A stretch of DNA of 64,000 nt from Scyliorhinus canicula (lineage: Eukaryota): NCBI RefSeq assembly GCF_902713615.1, contig NC_052164.1:79893830-79957829 (forward strand). The letters are read 5' to 3'. Positions 13,401 to 28,400 of this stretch are shown in pieces (the stretch's first letter is position 1; every line of letters starts with the position of its first letter). The notes under the pieces are model-generated. The model made no database searches, was not told where the DNA came from, and saw only the letters and a program-made list of their open reading frames with translations. The position numbers were made by a program, and so were the translations under genes.

Positions 13401-16400
13401 GTCTACCAATGCCAATAGAATAGTTCATGATCTTGGCACGGTAGTACAAGTGGATAGCATTGTGGCTTCACAGCGCCAGGGTCCCAGGTTTGATTCCGTG
13501 CTGGGTCACTGTCTGTGCGGAGTCTGCACGTTCTCCCCGTGTGTGCGTGGGTTTCTTCCGAGTGCTCCGGTTTCCACCCACAGTCCAAAGACGTGCAGGT
13601 TAGGTGGATTGGCCATGATAAATTGCCCTTAGTGACCAAAAAGGTTAGATGGGGTTATTGGGTTACGGGGATAGGGTGGAAGTGAGGGCTTAAGTAGGTC
13701 AGTGCAGACTCACTGGGCCGAATGGCCTCCTTCTGCACTGTCTGTTCTATCTATGTATTTCCTAATTCTGTAAATCAAATAAATGTCAAAGCATCAAATA
13801 AGGTGGATAAATAGAATTAAGGTACCAATCAGCTAATTTAATGATGCATCCGGCCCCTGTTTCTGTGCTGCTATCTCCAACCTGCCTAACCTGTATCTGC
13901 ACTCAACCATTGCCACCCCTTCTCCAACAATCTTCCCTTCGAGCTTCTGAAAGCCACCCGACACAATCTCCAATTCTGAAATTTCAAGCTCGCCTATTCC
14001 CGCCAGCGGGATCTTCAAACCCTGCCGAAGTCCACTGTGTTTTTGTATGGCTCACCCACTATGGGTGGGGGGGGGGGACATAATCGCCCTCGGCGGGACC
14101 AGTAGATCCCGCATACAGGAGTAGATTTTTGTGAGGCAAGGGTATGAGGTGATATGAAGCAAAATGGAGTTTTTGTACAGATCCCCCGTAATTATATTAA
14201 ATGCCAGAACAAGGAGCTAAAATATTCTATTCCTATTCCAACTAGTTACAGCCCACATAACGGCTTGATGATTTGCGCTCCGGGAGATTTGTTTAATTCT
14301 CCCCATGTGTGCGTGGGTTTCCTCCGGGTGCTCCTGTTTCCTCCCACAGTCCAAAGATGTGCAGGTTAGGTGGATTGGCCATGATAAATTGCCCTTCGTA
14401 TCCAAAATTGCCCTTAGTGTTGGATGGGGTTACTGGGTTATGGGGATAGAGTGGAGGTGTGCGGTTGGGATGGGTGCTCTTTCCAAGAGCCGGTGCAGAC
14501 TCGATGGACCGAATGGCCTCCTTCTGCACTGTAAATTCTATCTATCCTCTTCCTGTTTTCCTAATTGCCTTTGTCTTGTTTTGTCCAAAGAATGAATATG
14601 GAATGAGAACCTGAAATGCTTTAAAAATATACAATGCAGGGGCGGCAGGGTGGCACAGTGGTTAGCACTGCTGCCTCGCAGCGCCAAGGACCGGGTTCAA
14701 TCCCAGCCCTGGGTCACTGTCTGTGTGTAGGTTGCATATTCTCCCTGTGTCTGCATGGGTTTCACCCCAAACTCAAAGATGTGCAGGGTAGGTGGATTGA
14801 CCACTCTAAATTGCTCCTTAATGGAACTTTAAAAAATATATATATACTATTTTTAAAAATGTATATGACAATGCAACTGTTGAAAAAGCATAGAGAAATG
14901 TAACTCTAAGTTATTTGCAAATAAGAATGGTCACAGAAAACACATTGAGGTGAAATAAAAGCATCAATCTTTCAGACATGCTAAAAAGACAGCAGTTTCT
15001 TCACCATTGAGCAGTTGATCATCATTTTTGTGAATCCAGGTGACATTTGTCCTGTTGGTCATTATTGTCCATTGGGTTCTGCTGGCCCCATACCATGTGA
15101 GGATGGGACATTTGTGAATTATACAGGGGCTGAAGAATGTGATGTCTGCCCTGCAGGGCACCTGTGCACAAATAGGTAAGGTATGAAGTAAAGGTTGCAG
15201 GTTTTATTTTGCCTCATCGAAAGATTGTATGCAGGAACAATTGTGCCACTGCAACCTTTCATCCAGGTTGTCACAAAGTGAAATCTGAACTTAACTGAAG
15301 GAAGAAAATTAGGTACAGGTGAAGAATAAAAGATTATAGGAAGTAGAAGAGCCGTTAAGAAAATCTGAAAGAATAATGTGAGTGAGAAGTATGAAATGAG
15401 ACCACAAAATGCACCATGCAGAAATAATTGGACATCTGAACAAGCATTGTCATATTTACCAAGCGCACAGCAACTCGGAGACAAAAACAGATGTTTTTGG
15501 CAGAAATATATATCTTTTTTTTCGTCAAAATTTATATAAAGATCCGTGAACAGTTGAGTAAAAAGCATTTGTTGGTCTGGAACCCCCCGCTGTTTCAGAA
15601 GCAGTAATCTGCCGTTAGTTTTGAATGGATTGCCCAATTAGTGGCCAAAGGATGTACTCACCATCCAGTTAAGAATGGCGGGCGGACGCCAACATTGTAT
15701 GACCAATCGGAGGGCGCCCTAGTGACCGAGGTGAAAGTGGCAGAGAGAGAGAGAGAGAGGGAACCTCACAATGAAGACAGCCTCTGAAGAGAAACTTGAA
15801 TTTGGATTTTTTTTTTAAAGCCACAGCACATTCTGCATCCACCAGGAGGCCACCTTATTCAGCTACCTGTTTCATGGCTGCTATAAGGGGCTCATCCACC
15901 AGCTGAAAAATTCCAGTCGGTACATGGGAGAGGTCTCGATTGAGCCCTTAGTTACCTCAATTGGCCAAGGGCTATTCTGCTCCCGACATAAACTTTCCAA
16001 AATTACGCACCCACCTGCCCCCTTTTTCACCCCCATCACCCTCTGAAAATTCTGCCTGCAGAATGTTATGGCCTTTCTTTAAATTTACAGTGCTTCATTC
16101 TCACGAGCTACGCAGAAATATAAAAGGTTTGGCTACCTAGTAATTTGAAGCTATAAATTCTGTAGGTCAATAAAGCTCTAATGCTTACTAAAGATTGAAT
16201 TTTATGGGAGTCAATTTGGTCTTCAACAATGGTGTGAAGTTTTATTTATTTAGCGAATGCAAAGTCCTTAAGCCAGACTTTCTGCCAGTCTTGCTGTGTT
16301 GGGTACAGATAGGCCTCTGCTGAGTCTGTGGCTTGGACATTTTTTCCGATAATAATCTTTATTAGTGTCACAAGTAGGTTTACATTAACATGGCAATGAA

Positions 16401-19400
16401 GTTACTGTGAAAATCCACTAGTCGCCACACTCCAGCGCCTGTTCGGGTACACGGAGGGAGAAATCGGAATGTCTAAATTACCTAACAGATGATGCGGTGT
16501 ATAGTTTGCTCTCTCCCACAGGTATATGGGGGCTGGTGCAAATGCCCCATCTGTGAAAGTGAGCCAAGTAGGAGTTGTGGCCGGTCCTGAACCTGCAAAG
16601 GGTGGACCACTCTTTCCTTGGAAAGTTGAAATCAGGTGGCTGAGAGTTGGGTTTGTGACCAGGGGTGCACTACGGCATTGTCGCACATGACTCGGTGACG
16701 TAGCAAGCCGTTAAATCTCATGAGTCTGTGGTGAGATTAATCCTCACGAGATCTAACAAGATGTTGCGATCTGGACCTCGCCCTCACTGGGCGGAATCCA
16801 TATTTGCATATTCACGTGAACAGTAAATATGTCTGCACCAGAGTCCCCAGGATCGAATTCTCTCAACTGGGAGACCTCGCCATGGCGCCGTTCAGCACTG
16901 GTTTCCACAAATGTGGGCCTTGCAGGTAGTTTTCCAGGCCTCCAGGTGATTGGGCTCTGGGCAGGGTTGTACCCTGGACCCCTGATGCAACCTAGAAGTG
17001 TCAACCTGTAAGTGCCACCCTGGCACTGCCAAGCAGAGGCTCCCAATGGTTGCCCTCTGGGCAGGGTGGCACCCTGGCACTGCTGGAGCCACCTTGTTGG
17101 CTGGGCACTACCAGCCTGGCAACCTGACAGTGCCACATGGATGTCGGCCTGGCACTGCCAAGGTGCTCATATGGCACTGTCAGAGTACTAGGCTGACAGT
17201 GCCAAGGTTCCAGACTGGCATCTTTCCCATGTCAGGGATTGGACTCGTGGGGTCCTGCCCATGTGAGATTGGATGCAGGGGAGTCCGACGATCCCTTTAT
17301 AGGTGAATTGGGACATTGGGGGGGTCTGAGGGTTGCATCAGGAAGGTAAAGAAATTGAGACTTAATTTAAAAATGGCGTCCCGAACGCCTGCACTGAGGA
17401 GTTCTGGCGAGCGGAACTCCTTAAACGGGACTAAGTGGGGCCTCGGTGGGGCGTTCTCTGCTGAGGCCCCGGATTGCAACAAAGTAATGTTAGATAGCAT
17501 GGTCTTTCTCATCGCTGTGAGCGGTGGGAAACACCCGGCTAAACTCACTCGACAATGGACTCTTGTTGCAATTCGGTTAGATCAGGCCCCTAATTCTTTT
17601 CGCTTAACTAACAACATTTCCAATCATCTTTATTTTCATCTCATTTTCTACAGAATGCAAGCTGAGCCATGCCCTCATGGTTCATACTGTCCAGAAGGAA
17701 CCGGTACCTTCCCACAGCCTTGCCCTGTTGGGACATTTGGAGCATTTGGGGAACTAAGGAAGAGGTCTGACTGCACTCCATGCCTTGGTGAGAAAAATAC
17801 AAAGTAATCCTTGACTTTGCTGATTTTCCTTCCACTTTCTTAGTAACTTGGAGGCCAAATAATAAACTTCTCTTTCCCACTTGTATTTAATGCAACCTTT
17901 AGACTTTCACAAACTCAAAAGATGCATACTATATTGATCAAGGCAGAGTCTTGAAGGAGTTTCCAGTTCTCACTAGCTTTGACAAAGAGACATCCAGACT
18001 CAAAATGTTGACTCACTTCTCTCCCCACAGATGCTGTCAGACACGCTGAGAATGTTCAGCGTTTTCGGTTTTCGTTTCAGATTCCAGCATCCAGGGGAAT
18101 CAGCTTTTACCTGAATGGAATTTATTCACTATATTTCTGTAATTATTTGTTCCACATCCAAACTGTTGTTGGATTGTTGAATCTCCAGAGACCAGGGCCG
18201 GCATTCTCCACTACCCGGCGGGGCGGGGGGTCCCGGCGTAGCGGAGTGGCGCCAACCACTCCAACGTCGGGCCTCCCCAAAGGTGCGGAATTCTCCGCAC
18301 CTTTAGGGGCTAGGCCCCCGCCGGAGTGGTTTCCGCTACGCCAACTGGTGCAAAAACTGGCGCCAACAGCCTTTGGCGCCTGCCGGCGGGCGTCGGGGCT
18401 GGCCGAAAGAACTTCGCCCATCCGGGCATGTGCCGGTGCTGACGTCAACGGCCGCTGACGTCACCTCCAGCACATGCGCGGTGGGGGGGGTCTCTTCCAC
18501 CTCCGCCATGGTGGAGGCCGTGGCGGCGGCGGAAGAAAAAGAGTGCCCCCACGGCACTGGCCCGCCCGCCGATCGGTGGGCCCCGATCGCAGGCCAGGCC
18601 ACCGTGGGGGCACCCCTCCGGGTCCGATCGCCACACGCTCCCCACAGGACCCCGGGGGCCTGCTCGCGCCGCCAATCCCACCGGCACCAGAGGTGGTTTA
18701 AACCACATCGGCGGGATTGGCCTGTCAGCGGCGGGACTTCGGGCCGGATAATAGCCGCGTGGGGCATGGCGATTGGCGCGGGGGGGCACGCCAATCGGCG
18801 GGGCGTGATTCCTGCTCCCGCCGATTCCCGGGTGGCGGAGAATTCCAGGCCACGGCGGGGGCGGGATTTACGCCGGCCCCGGGCGATTCCCCGACCCTGC
18901 GGGGGGTTTGAGAATTCCGCCCCAGGTTAGAAAGGATTTAATGACGTTTTAAAATCTGTCAGCATGAAGATCTTGTAGATACATGGGCCAAAACTGTGGA
19001 TCATGTTTTTTAATTTCCAAATTTTAATCATTTCTTGATCTTAAAAAGAGTTAAAAATCACATGATATGAAGACCGTTGTTCTGTGTGAGCACGACAGAT
19101 CATATAGTTTCCAGGTGAGTGCCTGACTCTAGAGTACTGTGGTCCAATGACACATTGGGCGGAATTCTCCCGCCCCACGCCGGATGGGAGAATCGCTGGG
19201 ATGCCGCGCGTGTCCCGCCACGCCGCCCCTGCACGCAATTCTCCCACCCCATCAAGCCAGCGCGGCGAGAATCACGGCTGGCTGCTCGGAGAATCACCAC
19301 TCGCCGTTTGCAAAAGGCGAGCGGCGATTCTCCGGCCCGAAAGGGCCGAGCGGCCGCCCCAACACGACAAGTTCCCACCGGCGCCATCCACACCTGGTCG

Positions 19401-22400
19401 CTGCCGGCGGGAACTGCGCTGGAACGCTGAGGGGGGGGGGGCGGCCTGTGGCGGGGCGGTTTCCTGCACCGGGGGGGCCTACGATGTGGTTTGGCACGCT
19501 TTTTACGCAGCGCCAAGGCCCAGCGCGCGTAAATGACGCGGCGCCGCTCCTAGCCCCCCGGGGGCAGGGGAATAGAGGGCTGGGAGCGGGCTCCGACGCC
19601 GGAGTGAAACACTCCAGTTTTCACTCCGGCGTCGGCACTTAGGCTCCCGTTGGGAGAATTGCGCCCATTATGTCACAGGTAGAGCTTCTCAATCCAGGTC
19701 CAAACACCATGAGTTCCCAATCTCAGATGACTACTTCCTATAGAGGGGAACAGTAAATTGGTTGCTTCTGGTAGCTCTCAATGTAAGAACAAAATTAGAG
19801 GAAGCCTGGAAACAATAAATCACCAATGATTTTTTACTGTGGGATTGCGAGTCACGTATATAGCTAAACCTGCAGTAAGAGAAACACATATGGTAGGAAA
19901 TTAACATTCCTAATGTAGTTTGCAATTACGTAACCATAAAATCTCTCTTCCTTCATCCTCAGGTGGCTTCTACTGCAGTAGGCCAGGCCTCTCAAAGGTT
20001 GAAAGTTACTGTGATCCTGGTTTTTATTGTGAATCGGGAGTGAACACACCTCGGCCTTCAGTGCACTCGGGTCATACAGGGAATGGTGGCGAATGTAGTA
20101 CAGGTGCCTACTGCCCCAGAAACTCTACAGTGCCTATACCCTGCCCACCTGGAACCTACAACTCAGAAACAGGTACAGATCATTCTTGCCTAAAGTATGA
20201 AGACAGGACGCTGCCTTAAATTGGATTAATCTTGAAACATGACCACATGAATCACATCACATATATTCAACTGTAATAACTTGATTACTTGTACATTATG
20301 AATAGTTAAAATAATTTGAATTGTACATCTGCTTTTTCTTGATTTTTAATAATTCAAGTCCGTTACTTTCTCTTGTGCCTTGGAAAAATCCACGCTATAA
20401 CATTTAGCACTTTTTAATGAATCTTCAATCCCAAATTGGACATGCAACCAGAGTGGTAGACAACAGTCCTTTTTAAGTATGGAATTAATGGTTCACTCCA
20501 AGTTGTTTGGCCAGCTGAGTGCACATCGATGGCATTAATTATAAACCATAATAAGCTATTTTAATCTGGAGTCAGGGGAGAGGCTGCAGTGAAATCGTGA
20601 GGAGTCAAACTCGGATGACACAAAAGTGGTTTTGCTGAAGTCGTCAGCCATTCCCGCCAGCAGAATAGCAAATCCTGTAAAACAATGCCCATGATGAGCC
20701 AAAATTCCAAACTGATGACTGGCGGGGGTGCAGAGCAGATTCACCAGGATATTGCCTGGGATGGAATATGAAGAGAGGTTGGATCGGCTTGGGTTGTTTC
20801 CGTTGGAGCAGAGGAGACTGAGGGGCGACCTGCTCAAGGTGTACAAAATGATGAGTGGCGTGGATAGGCGGCAGCTGTTCCTTTTAGTTGAGGGGGCAGT
20901 CATGAGGGGACACAAGTTCACGGTGAAGGGCAGAAGATATAGTTTGGATGTGAGGGAATACTTTTTTATCTGGAGGGTAGTGCACTGCCTGGGAGGGTGG
21001 CAAAGGCAAGTTGCTTCACATCCTTTAAAATGTACCTAGATGAGCACTTAGTCTGTCATAACATTCAAGGCAATGGGCCAAGTGTGACAAATGGGAATTA
21101 GGTAGGTAGGTCAGGTATTTTTTCATGTGTTGGTGCCTCGATGGGCCGAAGGGTCTCTTCTTCATTGTACATTTCTGTGATTCTGGCAACTCCAGATTAG
21201 CCAAACGTGTCCAAGCTTGTCATTTGTGCGTGCCGACCAATCAGGGCAAGAATTTGAGATCGTGGAGTGCTGGGCAAGCCAATATTTGACATCGCGATTG
21301 CCCTGTGAAAGGACATGGAAAAACCTGCGAGCATGGCTTAATCTGTGAGAAAGTGAAAAATGTTGGGGATTGGGTTCAGACAGATTACAACGGCACTAGA
21401 CCTTGTGGAGCAGGCTGAGGCCAATCAATCCAAGAATGGGGCACTTTTCGTTCACCTGCGAGTGAGCCAGTATGGAGAAGCAGTCATGACAACCATGCAC
21501 AGCATGGTGGCAGGGAGAGATGAAGCGATGTTGGATGCAATATTTACTTAACCAAGGAAGCCGATGACCCTGAACATTACAATGGATGTCATCGCAATGG
21601 ATGACCGCTCGCTTGTCAGAGCTGAAAAAGATTTTGCAGAGCTAACTTGCGATATTTTTCAATGCAAAGCTACAGCATTTTACAAAGTTAGGTCATATGA
21701 AGATGCAAAATAATTGAATAAAGGCTTTTATACATTCATTGGATTAGTTGCCACTGGAACCTGTTGTTTTTGATATAGACTGTGTTATAAGGCATATTTG
21801 CTTTCACAGAGATGAATTGATGTGGTAATAGGGCCTCCTTGACTATCACAAATCTCCACTTAACAAGAATATGTGGGCAGATCCCCTGGAATTCTACCAA
21901 TTGGGATTTTACTGTATTTGAGATAATGTGCACAGGATTTATTAATATTCCTGTGAAAAAAAATTATACCATTGGGGAAAATTTGAGACGAATAATGAGA
22001 ATTAATATATATTATGAAACTTAAATCACAAAGGTAGGCTGAAATATGGGGGAGCAAAATTATTTTACTGCCTAACAAGTGAAATTAAATGATAAATAAG
22101 CATGGAAATTTCCTTTTCGGAGTGTCAAACGCTCTTTCTACATTCTTCTATCTAACTGCACATGCCTTTGAAAATCATTCAGGTCAGAGCCTCTGCCAGA
22201 TATGCTTGGCTGGATATTTCTGTTTGGGTGGCACCTCGAGCACCATCCCACTGAAATGCCCATCGGGTCACTACTGTCCAGAACGTACCCGCTTTGGAGA
22301 AGAGTATCCATGTCCCCCTGGGACCTACAACAGTTCACCTGGTCAAGAAAGCTCTGCTGGCTGTTTAATGTGCCCTCCAGGTAGGTGCGAATGGTACAGT

Positions 22401-25400
22401 TGGGAAACATTGGCAGGATTTCTCGATTCTCTATTCCTGCTGGCAGCACGTTCCTTCCCCGGGATGACGAGCGGCTTCAATGAGAATTGACGAGCGTCAG
22501 GAAAAGAGAATCCCGCCGCTAGCGAACGGCGCACCGTCAAGAAAGACGCGGCTGGGGTACCGGAGGATCATTCACTTTGACACTCCTGTCATTAATGCCG
22601 CCTGGGCTGTCTAAATATAATGAGCAGGAATTTCCGGTCCCGAGGTGGTGGAGGCGGCTCGCCATTGGCCAGTGGTGGGATCTTCCGGGCCCACCGATGT
22701 CTATGGGGTTTTGTGAGGCTCGCACACTCTGCCACCAGGGAACCCATCGTGGGGGCTCACCATTGGTGGGAACGGAAGATCCTGCCAGCAGGAAGGGCTT
22801 GAAAATTCAACCCACTGTGTGAATTTCTTTTGAGATAGTTCAAAACCATCCAATTTGCCTTTTGTTTTAGAATTTAAAATAATTGTTAAACTTACAAGTT
22901 GCAAACAACTATCTAGCAATCATAATACTAAACCAGTCCAGAGGCTATATCCAGTCGGGCTAAACAGTCAGCTTGAAGGGTTTCTAACATTAAAATTGTA
23001 AGTCATTGTAAACACGGTTCTTGTATAATGTGCACGGCGTTCACTGGTGGCGGGATTCTCTGTTCCCGCTACTGTCAATGGGGATTCACATTGAAGCTAT
23101 CCCACCCCACCGGGAAACCAGTGGGGTGCACTGCCAGCAGGACCAGAGAATCCCGTTGCAGGCGAATGGCCGGAGAATTCCGGCCAAATTATACCTAAAG
23201 TTTAAGATCACAAAAGAGCTGAAAATCTGAAATAAAACAGAAAATGAGACAAATAGGGAAAGAGTAAAGGTTACCTTTGAATCTCGGGTCACTACATTGA
23301 TCAGGTAAAAGGGAAATATCTGCAAGGAAAAATGAATGGAAGCACAATCAAGAGAAGTAAACATCTGCAGCGGGATTCTCCCTTCTGGGGACTAAGTCCC
23401 CATGCCGGCGGGAGAATCGGCGCCAACCACTTCGGCGTCAACAGCCCCCGAAAGTGCGGAATTCTCCGCATGTCCGGGGGCTAGGTGGATGCCGGAGGGG
23501 TTGGCGCTGTTCCAGCTGGCGGCGAAAGGACTGCGCGAGCTTGCGCATGCGCCAAAGGGCCGGCGTGATCTCGCGCATGCACAGAACCGGTGGCATGGTT
23601 CCGCACATGCGCAGACCGGCCGGCATATTTTGGTTCTCTTCTCCACGCTGGCCATGGCGGACCCCAACAGTGGCTGGCACGGAAGATCGGAGTTCCCCCA
23701 TGGCACAGGCCTGCCCACAGATCGGTGGGCCCTGATCACGGGCTATGTCACCGTGGGGGCCTTCCCCGGGGTCGGATCTACCCGCGCCCCCCCGAGGACC
23801 GCCCCCGCCGACTTACCTGCCAGGTCCTGCCGTATGGGACCATGCGTAACCCACACCGGCAGGGCTGACCAAAAACAGACGGCCACTCAGCCCATCAGGG
23901 CCCGGAGAATTGCTGGGGGGGGAGGGGGGGGGTGAACCCTGCCCCTGCCCCTGCCCCTGCCCCTGCCCCTGCCCCTGCCCCTGCCCCTGCCCCTGCTCCG
24001 ACCTGTAGGGTGGTCGGAGAATCTGGCTGCTGATATTGTTAGCTTTGTGGGAGCCCATAGCCGTGGCATTAGCAAAATATCCCCTATAAGTTTTTATCTA
24101 CTAAAAATAGAACCAAATATTTGTGAAATATGTTTTGATGTTTTGTTTTCCAAAATGTTGTCATTTTGTTAGGTCAGTTTTGTGAAAGGAGTGGTTTGAG
24201 TGTGCCCAGTGGGAAATGCTCTCCAGGTTGGTATTGTACAGGAGGATCAGTCACAAGCAAACCCTTGCCTCCAGGTATGTGAGAGACAGAGATCTCAAAT
24301 TATCATGCAGTACTTACTTTTTGTTCAAAGTGAAATTGGTCTGCAGATCCACAATTCATTGCAAAATGAAATTTCTACAAAATGAAATTGCCACAAAATG
24401 CTGGAAATGTATTGTGTTCTTGATTTTCTTGATTTTGTGCCCAGGTTCCTTTTGTGATTTTAACTTGGATGTCTTTATTATTTTGGTGTGTGCTTTCTAC
24501 AAACAGAAAGTTAACCTAACCCTTTTAAATTGATAACTTCCCGATCAACCTTCAACCTCCCCTCCAAATTATCAGTAAAGTGGTGGGAAGCGTTATCAAT
24601 CATGCAACGCGTGACATGTACTCACTGCCAGCTGGTTTTCAGTGTTACCAGATCATCCCAGTTTCCATCTCAACACAACCTTAACCCAGATATGGCCATA
24701 AGAGCTGAATGCCAGATGGACAGTGCTCAGCTGAGTATGATGCCAAGTAGACATTACCAAACAAAAGTCAATGTGGGGAAAACAACGGAAAACGCTCAGT
24801 GGCTGGAATCATATAGGCACAGAGAAAATATGGTGATGGCTGTTGTCGAAAACCATCACAACAGCCCAAAGCACACGACAGCAGGAGTTCCTCAGAGAAG
24901 GATCTTGGGTTTGAGCTGCCTGATTGAGAACATCTCATTTTGTAATATCAGGAGTAAGAAATGTCACTTTTCTTCCACAATGTCGAGCTCCATTCAACAT
25001 TCCTCCAATTATGAAGTAGCCCATAGCATGACATTACTCGCGTCCAGGTGTATTGCCACATGGCAGATTACATTTATACCAGAAAACAAATGACCATTTC
25101 AAATAAACACAACACAAACATCTCCCATTGAATTTCAATGGTACCAATGTCATTGAATTCCCCCCACCATCAACATCTTGGAGTACAACCATTGACCGGA
25201 AACTGAACCTGAGCAGCCATATCAACATCATTGTTGCAAAGAGCAGGGCAAGGGCTGGGTTTTCTCCAGCCTGTGGCTAACCTCGTGATCCGTCAAAAGC
25301 TCAGGACAGGAGTATGAGGGGAATACTTTTGACTTGCTTAGAAGGATGCAGCCGCAGCAATATATAAGAAACTTGGCACCATCCACGGTAAAGCAGTTTG

Positions 25401-28400
25401 CTTAATTGGTGCTCCTGTCATTAGATTCAATATCCATCACGCACTCCACCATTGCTACACGAGGTTACAGATTATATACAGGATGCACTGCAGAAACCTA
25501 TGAAAGTATTTCAGTAACATCTCCCTGCCTTCCTACTTCTACTGCCTGGGAAGAAAAGAAAAATAGCTTGCATTTATAAAGTGCTTTTTGTGACCTTAGG
25601 ATATCCCAAAGCACTGTGCTTTTTGAAATTAAATAATTGTTTAAATTAAGAAAACATTTCCAATTGCTAGTGCACAATGACATAAAAGATCATGGAACCA
25701 AAGAATTCCTATAGTTCAGAAGGAGACCATTTGGCCTATCAAATTTGCACCAATTCTCTGAAAGAAGGGTAACCCCACCTAACCTGCGCCCCTTTTGGAC
25801 ACTAAGGGACAATTTGGCATGGCCAATCCACCTAACCTGCACACCTTTTGGACTGTGGGAGGAAACCAGAGCACCCGGAGGAAACCCATGCAGACATGGG
25901 GAGAACATGCAAACTCCATTAAGACAGTCACCCAAGGCTAGAAATGAACCCGGGTTCCCGGTGCTGTAAGGCAGCAGTGCTAAGCACTGTGCCGCCCATA
26001 GCTCATATGTTTTGGGTGTTTGTTGAAAGATGAGTGTTAATGAGGAAGAAATCCCCTGCTCTACTTCGAATAGTGCCATTACTTCTGTTTTTGCATTTTC
26101 CTGAAAGGGCAGATGGGGCTTCAGTTTAACAGCCCATTCTAAAGACAGCAGCTCTAACAGCCAATCTAGATTCTGAAAAGTCTCTGGAATGAGGTTTCAA
26201 CCCTCTGCCAACTGGCCCTGGTGCTTCAGTGGTGCCATTGAACCAAGGTTGGCACTGAGCGGGAACAACAGCAGCATCTCCAAGTCACGCACTGCCCTCA
26301 TTTGAATACATATCACCATTGTATAAATATCCTACAAGAACGTATTGTGGGGACACCCTAACTCCAAGTACACAGTCAATTCCAAGAGAAAGCTAACCGC
26401 AACTCGAAGGGGCAACAATTCAGATGAATATTTTTTTTTGAGAAGAAGTGATAATTTCATTGAAAATCTTCGTAAAATGCTTTCACATTTCTCAACAGAG
26501 GCAGTTAAAAATCTTCTTTTTTTTTCTAAAATCATCTCTCTTTTCAGGTGAATTCACAAAAAGCTCAGAATGTACTGGTCCAGCAGATGTTTCCCCAGGA
26601 AATCGTTGTTCTCCTGGGTTTTTCTGCCCAGAGGGATCGTCTCTCCCTCAGATCTGTGCAGCAGGATATTACTGTGATCAATATGAACTTGCTGAACCAA
26701 CAGGTTTGATTTTCCTGTGATCTGTTCCAAGGTGAAACTTCAGGACAGAGCATTTTGTTACAGGTCATCTCCACACCCAGCAGTGGATGAGTTTTTTTCT
26801 TCAGTTGAATACCAATATGGTATTTGGTTTTCCTTTATGTTTAATAACATTACTTTTTTGCAAACCATTCATTCACTGCTACAGGGCAGGAGATGAACTT
26901 TTGCACTTCTCCAGATTGAAAATTTCAACCCTTGGGTTTCTGATTCATAAATAAGAAATAAAAATTAACAACCAATAAGGAAGGTTGACAGGGAGAGCTT
27001 CCATAGATTTCCATATATAGCATTTCATCAAATGCATATCTGCCTAGACCATCAGGGAAATAGATGCCTATGACTGGACAGCAGGATTATTGTTTTGTTT
27101 TTATAAAATATTTTTTAATTCTCCTCCTTTTCACATTTTCTCCCAAATTTACACCCAGCAATAAACCATAATCAGTAACGAATGTAATGTCAATCCCCAT
27201 ATCAATAACAACGATCCCATCCTCCCACCAAACCCCAGACATTGGCCCGCATGTTAGCATAAACAAATGACAAAAAGGAATCAGGAATCACCCATAGTCT
27301 CCATTAACACATACAGTCCCAGCCCCCAATCCCCCTAATTTTCGATGTGATCCAATTCTCAAAAGTGCATAATGAATAACACCCATGAATTGTAGAACCC
27401 CTCCATCCTGCCCCTCAGTTCAAATTTGACCTTTTCAAGCATTAAGAATTCCAGCAGGTCCCCCCGCCACGCCAGATAAGAACGTATGAACATCTTGCCC
27501 CTCAAAGAGCGGGCTCATCCTCGACCTTGTAAGGTGTGCTCTGTACACCACCTTCAGCTGTATCAGCCCCAACCTCGCACACAAAGTGGAGGTGTTCAGC
27601 CTCTGGAGCACCTCACACCAGAACCCCTCCTCCATACCTCCTCCTCCCACTTTGCCTTGACCCCTTCTAGTGGCACCTTCCCCTCTTCCAAAATAGCTCC
27701 GTAGACTGCCAATACTACCCCCTTCTCCAGTCCCCCTGTCGTCGCCACCTCCTCCAGCAATGTGGAAGCCGGCTCTACTGGGAAACTCAGTATCTCCTTT
27801 CTAGCAAAGTCTCGAACCAGCATGTATCTAAATATTTCCCCCTGCTCCAGCCCATACTTAGCTCCCAGTTCCTTCAATCCCGCGAAACGACCCCCAAGAA
27901 ATAAATCTTTTAGTCTTCTAAATCCTTTCTCCTCCCATCTCCGAAAATTTCCACCCCAATTCCCTGGCTCAAATCTATGGTTCCCCCGAATCGGCATTTC
28001 CCTTGACCCTGCCCCCAACTCAAAGTGCTGTTGAAACTGCCTCCAAATTCTCAATGAAGCTATTATTACCGGACTCCCTGAGTATCTCCCCAGGGCCAAT
28101 CGCGGGCGGCGCTGTCACTAGTGCCTTCAATCCCGACCCCCTACACACACTCTCCTTCGTTCTGACCCATTGGGAGTCGACCCCTCTGACCCAGCTCCAT
28201 GGGCGGAATTCTCCGCTCCCGCGAAAAATCGGGAGGGCCATCGTGAACTCGGCCGGGTTTCACGACGGCCTCGGAGGCCTCTCTTCTCACCTTATTCACC
28301 CCCACCCGGGGGGCTAGGAGCGGCGCTCCGTAACTTTTGGCTGCCAGACCTTGACGCTTGCGTCAAGGCTGCGCGCCGAGAATGATGCGACGGCGGCGCC

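Noticed and set aside
13434-13510. tRNA genes at the Pol III A/B-box motifs
   Set aside because: Each continues into a SINE core and tail; they are SINE heads
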